A stretch of DNA of 64,000 nucleotides from Macrostomum lignano. Taxonomy: Eukaryota. Where the stretch lies: assembly GCA_002269645.1 (NCBI GenBank), contig NIVC01000278.1, positions 186,001 to 250,000 on the forward strand, given 5' to 3'. Each line of letters opens with the position of its first letter. Position 1 is the stretch's first letter. Below are positions 49,286 through 61,000 of the stretch, one piece after another. Below the pieces are notes generated by a model. That model was given only the letters and a program-made list of their open reading frames with translations, was not told the origin of the DNA and made no database searches. The translations under genes and the position numbers were made by a program.

Positions 49286-52200
49286 CACTTGGGAACTGAC
49301 ACAGTCTCACTTGGGAACTGACACAGTCTCACTGGGGACTGACACAGTCTCACTTGGGACTGACACAGTCTCACTTGGGACTGACACAGTTTCACTTGGG
49401 ACTGACACAGTCTCACTCGGACTGACACAGTCTCACTTGGGACTGACACAGTTTCACTTGGGACTGACACAGTCTCACTTGGGAACTGACACAGTCTCAC
49501 TGGGACTGACACAGTCTCACTGGGGACTGACACAGTTTCACTTGGGACTGACACAGTCTCACTTGGGAACTGACACAGTCTCACTGGGGACTGACACAGT
49601 CTCACTTGGGACTGACACAGTCTCACTTGGGACTGACACAGTCTCACTTGGGACTGACACAGTCTCACTTGGAACTGACACAGTCTTATTGGGACTGACA
49701 CAGTCTCACTTGGGACTGACACAGTCTTATTGGGACTGACACAGTCTCACTTGGAACTGACACAGTCTTCTTGGGACTGACACAGTCTCACTTGGGACTG
49801 ACACAGTCTCACTTGGAACTGACACAGTCTTCTTGGGACTGACACAGTCTCACTTGGGACTGACACAGTCTCACTTGGGACTGACACAGTTTCACTTGGG
49901 ACTGACACAGTCTCACTTGGGACTGACACAGTCTCGATTGGGACTGACACAGTCTGACTTGGGACTGACACAGTCTGACTTGGGACTGACACAGTCTCTC
50001 TTGGGAATGACACAGTCTGACTTGGGACTGACACAGTCTCGCTTGGAAATGACACAGTCTGAATTAGAACTGACACAGTCTCGCTTGGGACTGACACAGT
50101 CTCACTTGGGACTGACACAGTCTCACTTGGGACTGACACAGTCTCACTGGGGACTGACACAGTTTCACTTGGGACTGACACAATCTCACTTGGGAACTGA
50201 CACAGTCTCACTGGGGACTGACACAGTCTCACTTGGGACTGACACAGTCTCACTTGGGACTGACACAGTCTCACTTGGGACTGACACAGTCTCACTTGGG
50301 ACTGACACAGTCTCACTTGGAACTGACACAGTCTTATAAGGATTCAATTTCATATGCATGTAGGCCTTAGGGACTATTTAGGGACTATCGTAGGAACTAT
50401 TAGGAATATGACTTAGGATTTAGGAAATTAGGGAATTGCATTGTTATCAGAGCGTGGTGGAGTGTAGCAGTTGTGGACAGCTGCACTCTTACAAAAAGCC
50501 ACAAGTGCTTGATGACGGCATTGCAAAGGGCGAGTGCAGGCCGCCGTAAAAGTCTGCTTCCACTTTAGAGGGGTTGTATGCCTTTATGTGGGGCGGGGTT
50601 CAATTACATTTTTTAACAGAGGCATTTCAGGAATCGCACGAGAAAGGGGAACCGTGAGAATCGGCCGGAATTGCGCGGTGGGTGGAAGACGTGGGAAATG
50701 ATAACGCAGACAGTTTCACAGGGACTTCATCGGGGAAATTTACTATAAATAAGCGAGGGGTTAAATGCTAAAAACTTTACCCTTTTCTCACTCTCTTTTC
50801 ACTCTCTTTTAAACGCCTTGTATTAACTTTTGGATTGCTTAATAGTTTGCAAATCACGACGACCGCTTCTGCAGACACCTGTGACCGGAGGGTAAGACTG
50901 AGCACTGACATGACTATAGATTTATGAATATTAGCGTATCGGTCTCAGACCAGGTAGATAGGCGTAATTTATATATATATATATAATAGATTAATAGGAG
51001 TATTTGAGTAGCTTAGTTATACCGTAGTGTCTCAGACTTGTTCTCCCTGCTTGTAGCTCGCTTATTTGCTTATTAATACAAACGTTGAAAATGCAGTAGT
51101 AAATATAATTATATGGTTGATCGGTAAATAACATCCAAGCATATTCTACCTCGTTTGAGTCACTATTAATCATATGTAAGGTTCTTAGTTTGCGGCCAAC
51201 TAGGAAGCTTATAAGTCTCACTTGGGACTGACACAGTCTCACTTGGGACTGACACAGTCTCATTTGGAACTGACACAGTCTCACTTGGAACTGACACATT
51301 TTCACTTGGGACTGACACAGTCTCACTTGGAACTGACACAGTCTTATTGGAACTGACACAGTCTCACTTGGAACTGACACAGTCTCACTTGGAACTGACA
51401 GTCTCACTTGGAACTGACACAATCTCACTTGGAACTGACACAGTCTCACTTGGGACTGACACAGTCTGACTTGGGACTGACACAGTCTCACTTGGGACTG
51501 ACACAGTCTCACTTGGGACTGACACAGTTTCACTTAAGACTGACACAGTCTCACTTGGGAATGACACAGTCTGACTTAGGACTGACACAGTCTGAATTAG
51601 AACTGACACAGTCTCACTTAAGACTGACACAGTCTCACTTGGGAATGACACAGTCTGACTTGGGACTGACACAGTCTCGCTTGGGACTGACACAGTCTGA
51701 CTTGGGACTGACACAGTCTCGCTTGGAATGACACAGTCTGACTTGGGACTGACACAGTCTCGCTTGGAACTGACACAGTCTGAATTAGAACTGACACAGT
51801 CTCGCTTGGGACTGACACAGTCTCGCTTGGGACTGACACAGTCTCGCTTGGAACTGACACAGTCTCGCTTGGAACTGACACAGTCTCACTTGGAACTGAC
51901 ACAGTCTCGACTGACACAGTCTCACTTGGAACTGACACAGTCTTCTTGGGACTGACACAGTCTCGCTTGGGACTGACGCAGTCTCACTTGGGAACTGACA
52001 CAGTCTCAAATTGGAACTGACACAGTCTCACTTGGGAACTGACACAGTCTCACTTGGGAACTGACACAGTCTCACTTGGAACTGACACAGTCTCACTTGG
52101 AACTGACACAGTCTCACTTGGAACTGACACAGTCTGACTTAGGACTGACACAGTCTGACTTGGGACTGACACAGTCTGAATTAGAACTGACACAGTCTCG

Positions 52201-54509
52201 CTTGGGACTGACACAGTCTCACTTGGGACTGACACAGTTTCACTTGGAACTGACACAGTCTTATTGGGACTGACACAGTCTCAATTGGGACTGACACAGT
52301 CTTACTTGGAACTGACACAGTCTCACTTGGAACTGACACAGTCTTCTTGGGACTGACACAGTCTCGCTTGGGACTGACACAGTCTCACTTGGGAACTGAC
52401 ACAGTCTCAAATTGGAACTGACACAGTCTCACTTGGGAACTGACACAGTCTCACTTGGGAACTGACACAGTCTCACTTGGAACTGACACAGTCTCACTTG
52501 GATTTGACACAGTCTCACTTGGAACTGACACAGTCTCACTTGGAACTGACACAGTCTGACTTGGGACTGACACAGTCTGAATTAGAACTGGCACAGTCTC
52601 ACTTGGGACTGACACAGTTTCACTTGGAACTGACACAGTCTCACTTGGAACTGACACAGTCTCACTTGGAACTGACACAGTCTCGCTTGGAACTGACACA
52701 GTCTTCTTGGGACTGACACAGTCTCACTTAAGACTGACACAGTCTCACTTGGGACTGACACAGTCTCGCTTGGAACTGACACAGTCTTATTGGGACTGAC
52801 ACAGTCTCACTTGGGACTGACACAGTCTCACTTAAGACTGACACAGTCTCGCTTGGGACTGTCACAGTCTCACTTGGAACTGACACAGTCTCAAATTGGA
52901 ACTGACACAGTCTCACTTGGAACTGACACAGTCTCACTGGGAACTGACACAGTCTCACTTGGAACTGACACAGTCTCACTTGGGAACTGACACAGTCTCA
53001 CTGGGAACTGACACAGTCTCACTTGGGAACTGACACAGTCTCACTGGGAACTGACACAGTCTCACTGGGAACTGACACAGTCTCAAATTGGAACTGACAC
53101 AGTCTCACTTGGAACTGACACAGTCTCAAATTGGAACTGACACAGTCTCACTTGGAACTGACACAGTCTCACTGGGAACTGACACAGTCTCACTTGGAAC
53201 TGACACAGTCTTACTTGGAACTGACACAGTCTCACTGGGAACTGACACAGTCTCACTTGGGAACTGACACAGTCTCACTGGAACTGACACAGTCTCAAAT
53301 TGGAACTGACACAGTCTCACTTGGAACTGACACAGTCTCACTGGGAACTGACACAGTCTCACTGGGAACTGACACAGTCTCACTGGGAACTGACACAGTC
53401 TCACTGGGAACTGACACAGTCTCAAATTGGAACTGACACAGTCTCAAATTGGAACTGACACAGTCTCACTTGGAACTGACACAGTTTCACTTGGAACTGG
53501 CAAAGTCTGGCTTGGAACTGACACAGTCTCACTGGGAACTGACACAGTCTCACTTGGAACTGACACAGTCTCACTTGGGAACTGACACAGTCTCACTGGG
53601 AACTGACACAGTCTCACTTGGGAACTGACACAGTCTCACTGGGAACTGACACAGTCTCACTGGGAACTGACACAGTCTCAAATTGGAACTGACACAGTCT
53701 CACTTGGAACTGACACAGTCTCAAATTGGAACTGACACAGTCTCACTTGGAACTGACACAGTCTCACTGGGAACTGACACAGTCTCACTTGGAACTGACA
53801 CAGTCTCACTTGGGAACTGACACAGTCTCACTGGGAACTGACACAGTCTCACTTGGGAACTGACACAGTCTCACTGGGAAATGACACAGTCTCAAATTGG
53901 AACTGACACAGTCTCACTTGGAACTGACACAGTCTCACTGGGAACTGACACAGTCTCACTGGGAACTGACACAGTCTCTTTGGGAACTGACACAGTCTCA
54001 CTGGGAACTGACACAGTCTCAAATTGGAACTGACACAGTCTCAAATTGGAACTGACACAGTCTCACTTGGAACTGACACAGTTTCACTTGGAACTGGCAA
54101 AGTCTGACTTGGAACTGACACAGTCTCACTTGGAACTGACACAGTTTCACTTGGAACTGGCAAAGTCTGACTTGGAACTGACACAGTCTCACTTGGAACT
54201 GACACAGTCTCACTTGGAACTGACACAGTCTCACTTGGAACTGACACAGTCTCACTGGGAACTGACACAGTCTCAAATTGGAACTGACACAGTCTCACTG
54301 GGAACTGACACAGTCTCAAATTGGAACTGACACAGTCTCACTTGGGAACTGACACAGTTTCACTGGGAACTGGCAAAGTCTGACTTGGAACTGACACAGT
54401 CTCACTGGGAACTGACACAGTCTCAAATTGGAACTGACACAGTCTCACTTGGGAACTGACACAGTCTCACTGGGAACTGGCAAAGTCTGACTTGGAACTG
54501 ACACAGTCT
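49286..54509. repeat. 21/22-bp satellite (ttgg(g)aactgacacagtctcac), ~4.3 kb of repeat, split by an insert at 50335-51213
   Basis: Direct reading. Confidence 0.97.
50335..51213. mobile_element. 879-bp solo-LTR-like insert with non-canonical TATAAG...CTTATA ends
   Basis: 5-bp direct repeat AGTCT (50330-50334, 51214-51218) from the satellite unit; 6-bp terminal inverted repeat; internal TATA box (ctataaataag, ~50743) followed by a CT-rich stretch; no convincing ORF. Confidence 0.6.
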
Positions 54510-55074
54510 ACAGCAGTCTGGCATCAGGGGCAGTCACAATTCTGTTCGTTCTTTATAAGACTCAAAATGAAGCGTCAGCGTGTCCTTTTTTACTAGCTCG
54601 GGTGAAAACGTACAAACAATAATTACATAGCAACCAAGGTCGTATCATCTCTCTCCTCCTTCACCTGCAGGCCTCTCCGTAAAACAAGCCAATAGTCAGG
54701 CATCCGCGTATCCGTTTTATCCGTGTATCCGTGTATCTCCCAATTGCAGTTCATCATATCTCAGGCCGTTGCTCAGTTAAAAAAGACGAGAGCAAATAGT
54801 CGATTTTCGCTGCTCTACCAAACCCCGTAGCATCCTCCCGGTTTTCTCATTGTCTGTTCGGAGAGGGTTGGGGAGGGCAGGTGTCCACTTTTCACACAAT
54901 TTTATGTCCTATAGTTTTGCGCCCTTTGCCAGACTAGAAACACTCTGGTCGTTAGGTCTGTGATTGGCTGAGGTCTGTCATTGGCCTTCCATCATTTCTA
55001 GCGCGTAAAACATTAAAGCCACTTAAATCCGATCATTGATTCTGAGAGAGTTGATTTTTGGGTGTCATTCTAAA

Positions 55075-58000
55075 ATGCCGGTCGAGCACCTGTTCTACCT
55101 GCTGTCCCTGGCCTGGCTGCTTGTGAGCAGTCGGGCTGCTACAAGTTCAGCAAATAATAACTGCGGCGAAATGAAGCAGTCGGTCTCCAGAAACTGCTGT
55201 CAGTGCAGAGACAGTGACAGGTATATGCTGAGGAATCGATTATTTTTCTTGCTAGTGCAAACAAGGTCAACTAAGAGAGAGAGAGACAGAGAGCGTGTGT
55301 CAGGATAAATCAAATTTAATTTTGGAAACCTGAATTTTGACGCCCCCCCCCCGATTTATTCCAACTGGGTGGAGTTTTAATTGTGGAATTGTAAGCCGCC
55401 CTAGTGGTGGGGTAATTGAGGCTGTGTGTGGTGACCCCCCCCCAGTCCTTGGACTGGGGCTGAGCGGGGTTGCACAACTGCCTATTAGGGCAGGTGTAAT
55501 CAATTATTATTATTTTGAAGTACATAAACTTCTGCAACTTTTGTGGGTGCTCAGAAAGGCTCTGCAGTGCGCAGTTCGTGTGCATCTTACAAGTGTGCGT
55601 ACGTTATTGCTCAGGGGTCAGTGGAGTGGGCCTGACTGCACCATCAATAAAATGCCTTTGCAGCCGAAGAGTCGGGCTCGACAGCGCCAGGACTCCCGTG
55701 TTTAGCATGATGAACAACTTTATTGCCCCGCCACACCTCATCACAGGTGAGTTTACGGATTATTGCAGCTTGTTTTATTATTTGACTTAGCCAGGATTTT
55801 TCATTAGGGGCCACGCCCAAGGGGCGCCAGCACCAAGGGGCACGAGCACCAAGGGGCGCCAGCACCAAGGGGCGCCAGCACCAAGGGGCGCCAGCACCAA
55901 GGGGCGCCAGCACCAAGGGGCGCCAGCACCAAGGGGCGCCAGCACCAAGGGGCGCCAGCACCAAGGGGCGCGAGCACCAAGGGGCTTTAGCACCAAGGGG
56001 CTTTAGCACCAAGGGGCGCCAGCACCAAGGGGCGCCAGCACCAAGGGGCGCCAGCACCAAGGGGCGCCAGCACCAAGGGGCGCCAGCACCAAGGGGCGCC
56101 AGCACCAAGGGGCGCCAGCACCAAGGGGCGCCAGCACCAAGGGGCGCCAGCACCAAGGGGCGCCAGCACCAAGGGGCGCCAGCACCAAGGGGCGCCAGCA
56201 CCAAGGGGCGCCAGCACCAAGGGGCGCCAGCACCAAGGGGCGCCAGCACCAAGGGGCGCCAGCACCAAGGGGCGCCAGCACCAAGGGGCATCAGACAACT
56301 GATTGGACCCCATTTGCCTTTACTTTCCACGGGTTGCATGCAGGTCTCTATACTGAAGCCTCACAGCACGTAAAAGTACAAACACGCTTTAACATTCCAG
56401 GCCGGCCAACTGTAGTTGAAATCGGCATCTATGTCAACACGTTCGACTCTGTTAATGTGGAGTCCATGGTGAGTCTGACCAGGGATCCAATCATTTTTAT
56501 CTGAAATGAGCCATCAGACTAAGTAAAGACACCAACCACGGCGCTAATGCAAACATTAGCATTGCGCCTCTGTTGCGCAAACGAACAAACTTATGAAGCT
56601 ATGAAGTCAGAGATATTGCCAAAAGTCATACGCTGAGACTGAGACATCATTTGAATTGATTACCAATGGAGGGTGTACACAGAGCTCACAGCTATCCTAA
56701 ATCTGATTGATTCTGGATATATGAGCAGCGGAAATGCCTAGGTGGCGAGGCTGCTGCGATCGTCTCTCGACGAAGCTGTAATCTCCAGCTGGGAAGAAAG
56801 AAAAGCTCTCTACTCATATGAGTAGAAGTTATTGATTGACTCGCTGTTGGGGAGAGAACCGCTACACACACACTCTCTCTCTCCTCGTATCGCGACCTTT
56901 CTGGCATCTTATAGAAAGTGGCGACTTTGATTGCTATAAGCTGCAAGCTGGAGAATTCGTCACTCTGGTCCACTTGACTGTCCTGAGCGGTCAGGCAGGC
57001 TGCAGAGAAGCTCAAACCAGCCATATAAATCGCTAGAGAGATGGAGAGACATAATATAAACCTAGCTATTCCCATTTATAATCCGTGCCCCCATCCCGCG
57101 GCTGCCGCCACATGACTAGGGATGTAGTGAGCGGTGCCTCTGTCCACCCCATCCTGCCCCTTGCTCAAGGCTAATTAAATTTTTATTAAATTTGGCCTAC
57201 GCTCAGATGAGACGCTCAAATGCACACAAATCTGCAGCTCCCGGCATGGTAGTTTTGTGTGTGTTGTGTTTTTCATACTAATCTTCCCAGATAAACGGTT
57301 TGGTTAACGTATATATAAGGCTAATTTGTGTAAGAAAATGTATTTATACAATAAAATTTAAATCGAAAAAAGCAGCAACTATAGGGAAGAAAAATCGATT
57401 TTTTTTAATCAGTCTCGAATCTTTTCTTAAAAGTATTTTTGTCCTTAGAGATTTCTAATTTCTAACCGAACTTTTGTGACGGTTGCTCACATGTACTTCT
57501 AAAGCTTTCAGAACTATTAACGACTTGTGAAAAAAGCAAAAACCTTGAGCAGCTTTCTTCAGCTTTAAAATATTCAGTCTTAAAAGTTCAGACTCTAAAC
57601 TTGATCTTTCAATCAATCACGTATGGACATAAACACAAACCATGTTTAGTATATAGGACTAGCAATTAAGACCCCCTTGGGGGACCTGGACTACATTCTA
57701 ATTACCCGTTAAAATGTTGGCTACATTTCCCCTGGTTCATCCGGTCCAGTCCTTCAGGTCATCTTCACTGCCTTTTCGGTCTATTGATTCTTCTTTCACC
57801 TTCCATTGCTCTCCTTGAATACAAAAACCTTGTCATAGCTCCATTCCTCGTCTGATGTCCAAAATATTTTAGATTTCTCAGCTTAATAATCTCCGCAGAT
57901 TCTGGTTCCAAACCCAGGCATTTGACGTCTTTTTCTCTTTTCATGAAATCCTTAGCATTCTTCTGTAACATTTCATTTCGAACGCTTTGGGTGTCTCCAT

Positions 58001-61000
58001 ACTTTTCTTCCCCAGAGTCCAGCTTCTTCCCCAGAGTCCACCCATAGAGCAGTGTCCCCCATGTGACCGCCTTTGTAATCTTGGGGCGATTATTCAAACC
58101 GACTCCTTTGAGCCGCGAAAGCTCTTCAAGCCCTATCATTGAGCTGGTTGCGACGCCAATTCGGATTCTGATCTCTTCCTCCGATGTCCCATTCTCCATG
58201 ATGGTTGCCTCCAGATACTTAAACTTTCTTCACCTGTTTCAATTCTTCTCCATCAATCACAATGAGTTATATATTAAATATATATTGGAAGACGTATGAG
58301 GGGAGACCCCTTGCGCGCCTATATGGAGCACGTCCTGGAGTAAAACTTGAGCCCCTCTAATTTCCTCCGCGACAGGACTACAGCATCCAAATCTTCCTAA
58401 GGCTGTCCTGGATCGACAGGCGACTGTCCTACAATGTCACCGACATGCGGGGTCACGGCGTCCCGCAGCCGCTGCCGCAGTTCCAGACCGCCCAGCCTCC
58501 GACTGCTCTGAACGACACCACAGGCCTGACCATTGATCCCCGCCTCATCGACGAGATCTGGCTGCCGGATATCATCTTCATGAACGAGAAGCAGGCCAAA
58601 TACCACGACATCACCATCCCCAACAAGCTGCTCAGGATCAAGCCTAACGGCGAGGTGTACTACTCTAGCAGGTCTCGGAAACTCATGCCTATATCCATGT
58701 CCCATTATGACCCCAGCTTGAGCCATAGACTAATCTCAGGAAACTGCATTCAATTTTGCTACAACTGCGACCTATAGTTTGCCCAAAGATGACTGTCATT
58801 CAGTCAAAGTTTTCGACCAGCTCTTGACACACCTCTGGACGTACGTTTGAGTATGGTTCCACTTAGCTCGCTTAGCTGGGTTGATAAAGGATGAATATGG
58901 CGGCAGGAAGTGGCAGTTGTTGGCAATTCTCGCTCCTTTCATATCTGTCTCTGGTGCTTGGCTTGCTCTGAGCAAACTAGGTCGCAAAAAGATAGATTAT
59001 TTTTACATTTCTAATATTCAATCAAACACCCCTTAATCTGCAGGATTAGCCTTCGTCTTGGCTGCCACATGGGGCTCTACAGATTTCCGCTGGACACGCA
59101 GACTTGCGAGATCATCATGGAGAGCTGTGCGCGATGCTGCTTTCATCTATAGGGAATTGCTTTATAGAAGAGAGAATAACAGATACAGGGATTTTAGCAA
59201 AATATTTCAAGATCCCTGTCCTATCTCAAGTTATATCTCAGCCTTAATATCTCATTCCTATGTCAGTTTTAAGTCCCATCTCAGTCCAACTTCCATCTCA
59301 GTCTCAGTCCCATCCCAGTCTCAAGTCCCATCTCAGTCTCAAGTCCCATCTCAGTCTCAAGTCCCATTTCAGTCTCAAGTCTCATCTAAGTCTCAAGTCC
59401 CATCTCAGTCTCAAGTCCTATCTCAGTCTCAAGTCCCATTTCAGTCTCAAGTCCCATCTCAGCCTTAAATTCCCATCTCAGTCTCAAGTCCCATCTCAGT
59501 CTCAAGTCCCATCTCAGTCTCAAGTCCCATCTCAGTCTCAAGTCCCATCTCAGTCTCAAGTCCCATCTCAGTCTCAAGTCCCATCTCAGTCTCAAGTCCC
59601 ATCTCAGTCTTAAGTCCCATCCCAGTCTCAAAGTTCCATCTAAGTCTCAAGTCTCATCTAAGTCTCAAGTCCCATCTCAGTCTCAAGTCCCATCCCAGTC
59701 TCAAGTCTCATCTAAGTCTCAAGTCTCATCTAAGTCTCAAGTCCCATCTCAGTCACAAGTCCCATCCCAGTCTCAAGTCTCATCTAAGTCTCAAGTCCCA
59801 TCTCAGTCCCGATACCCCAGTTGCATCTCACACTCGATTTCAGATACTTATGCACACTCACAAGGAGAACTTTATTAACAGATCTAGACAGAAACCCAAT
59901 TTTAGGCTGACATCTTGACAGAATTTAAAAATGTATTCACAATAAATGTCAAAGCAAAATATTATCAGGTCATCCACGAAGCCCGAAGAAACATCCTTGA
60001 AAGTTAAAGTTAGCAAGACTTCGATAACCACTCAGAGCAAGCAGTTCAAAATTTGCTGATCACGAAATTTCAGATCGATTCACCAGACAAGAGCTGCGAC
60101 TGCGCTGGCGACCGGAGAAACCCTTCGAGATTAACAAAAATTTCCACCTGCCCCAATTTGTGCTGACTAATTGGAGTACGACGAGCTGCGATACCGAATA
60201 CATTTCTGGTCAGCTGATTTTGCTTTCAAAATGCTCACATTATTTTAGTATACTAGACTAGCAGTTAAGACCCCCTTCGGGGGGCTTGTACTTTATCTAC
60301 TAATTTACGTGTTAAACTGAAGGCTGCATCCAGATAGAAGGGGCTTGTAGCCTAGTGGTAGGAGCGTCGGACTCACTACTGGAAGGTCGAGGGTTCGATT
60401 CCTGGCGCAATCGGGACAATTTGTGTCCTTGAGCAAGACACTTAACTCTGCATTGCTTCAGTTCACCCAGCTGTAAAATGGGTGCCAGCATTAGCTGGGG
60501 TAATTGAGGGTGTGTATGGCGACCCCCCAGTCCTTTGACTGAGCAGCCGTACGTAGCCTTCAGATGTATCTGCCTATTAAGCTAGACTAGCACACCCCGC
60601 TTCCCTCTGGGGGAAATCAAATTTACATGTAGACATAAAGAAGCAATACTTAAACAAATAAATATTGTGTAAAAACAGCATAAAACAGAAACTCGACCAA
60701 CTTTAGTTTTGATAAGTCTGCAGCATAATGGATTTTTGCCCTCTACACGGGACACATTCCCTAGGGAAAGAGTATTAATATACCAGTAATGTCCGCCATT
60801 TACCCATAGCACAGTAAATCACTGTTTGCTCTGAGAGTGGAGAAGAGACTACAGTATTAGGGAAAGCAGGAAAGTCTGGGCCACTGTATGAGAGCGCCTG
60901 CCCGCGTACGTACATCAGTGCGAGTGTGTTGTGCGTTCTGGTTGTCGGTCGATTGTCGGCTTGCTTATACAGGAAACAGGAAATGTATGATTTATACAGG

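Noticed and set aside
50333-51215. hAT-type 8-bp TSD (cttataag) around the 50.3-51.2 kb insert
   Set aside because: No TIRs would remain inside, whereas the 5-bp AGTCT model restores the satellite unit exactly.
11652-54509. CRISPR-like repeat arrays with captured inserts
   Set aside because: Units are head-to-tail with no unique spacers; the inserts are LTR elements with TSDs; no cas genes; eukaryotic context.
7047-56339. Long ORFs made of repeats (7047-7641, 7943-9526, 13605-14741, 26415-27588, 34030-35847, 39708-41367, 46464-46960, 49251-54330, 55644-56339)
   Set aside because: They are translations of tandem or low-complexity DNA, open in several frames and strands, and mostly lie inside predicted introns.
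56343-56400. Upstream alternative acceptor for channel exon 3 (catgcag|gt)
   Set aside because: It is in frame and possible, but would add 19 aa at a site where the 56401 acceptor gives the normal Cys-loop spacing; unresolved without RNA.
56692-57075. 127-aa minus-strand ORF with a hydrophobic start inside a channel intron
   Set aside because: Non-ATG start, no domain, no splice support.
44463-60420. tRNA genes at 44463 and 60341
   Set aside because: The A/B boxes run into a shared SINE body and the acceptor and anticodon stems are imperfect; these are SINE heads.
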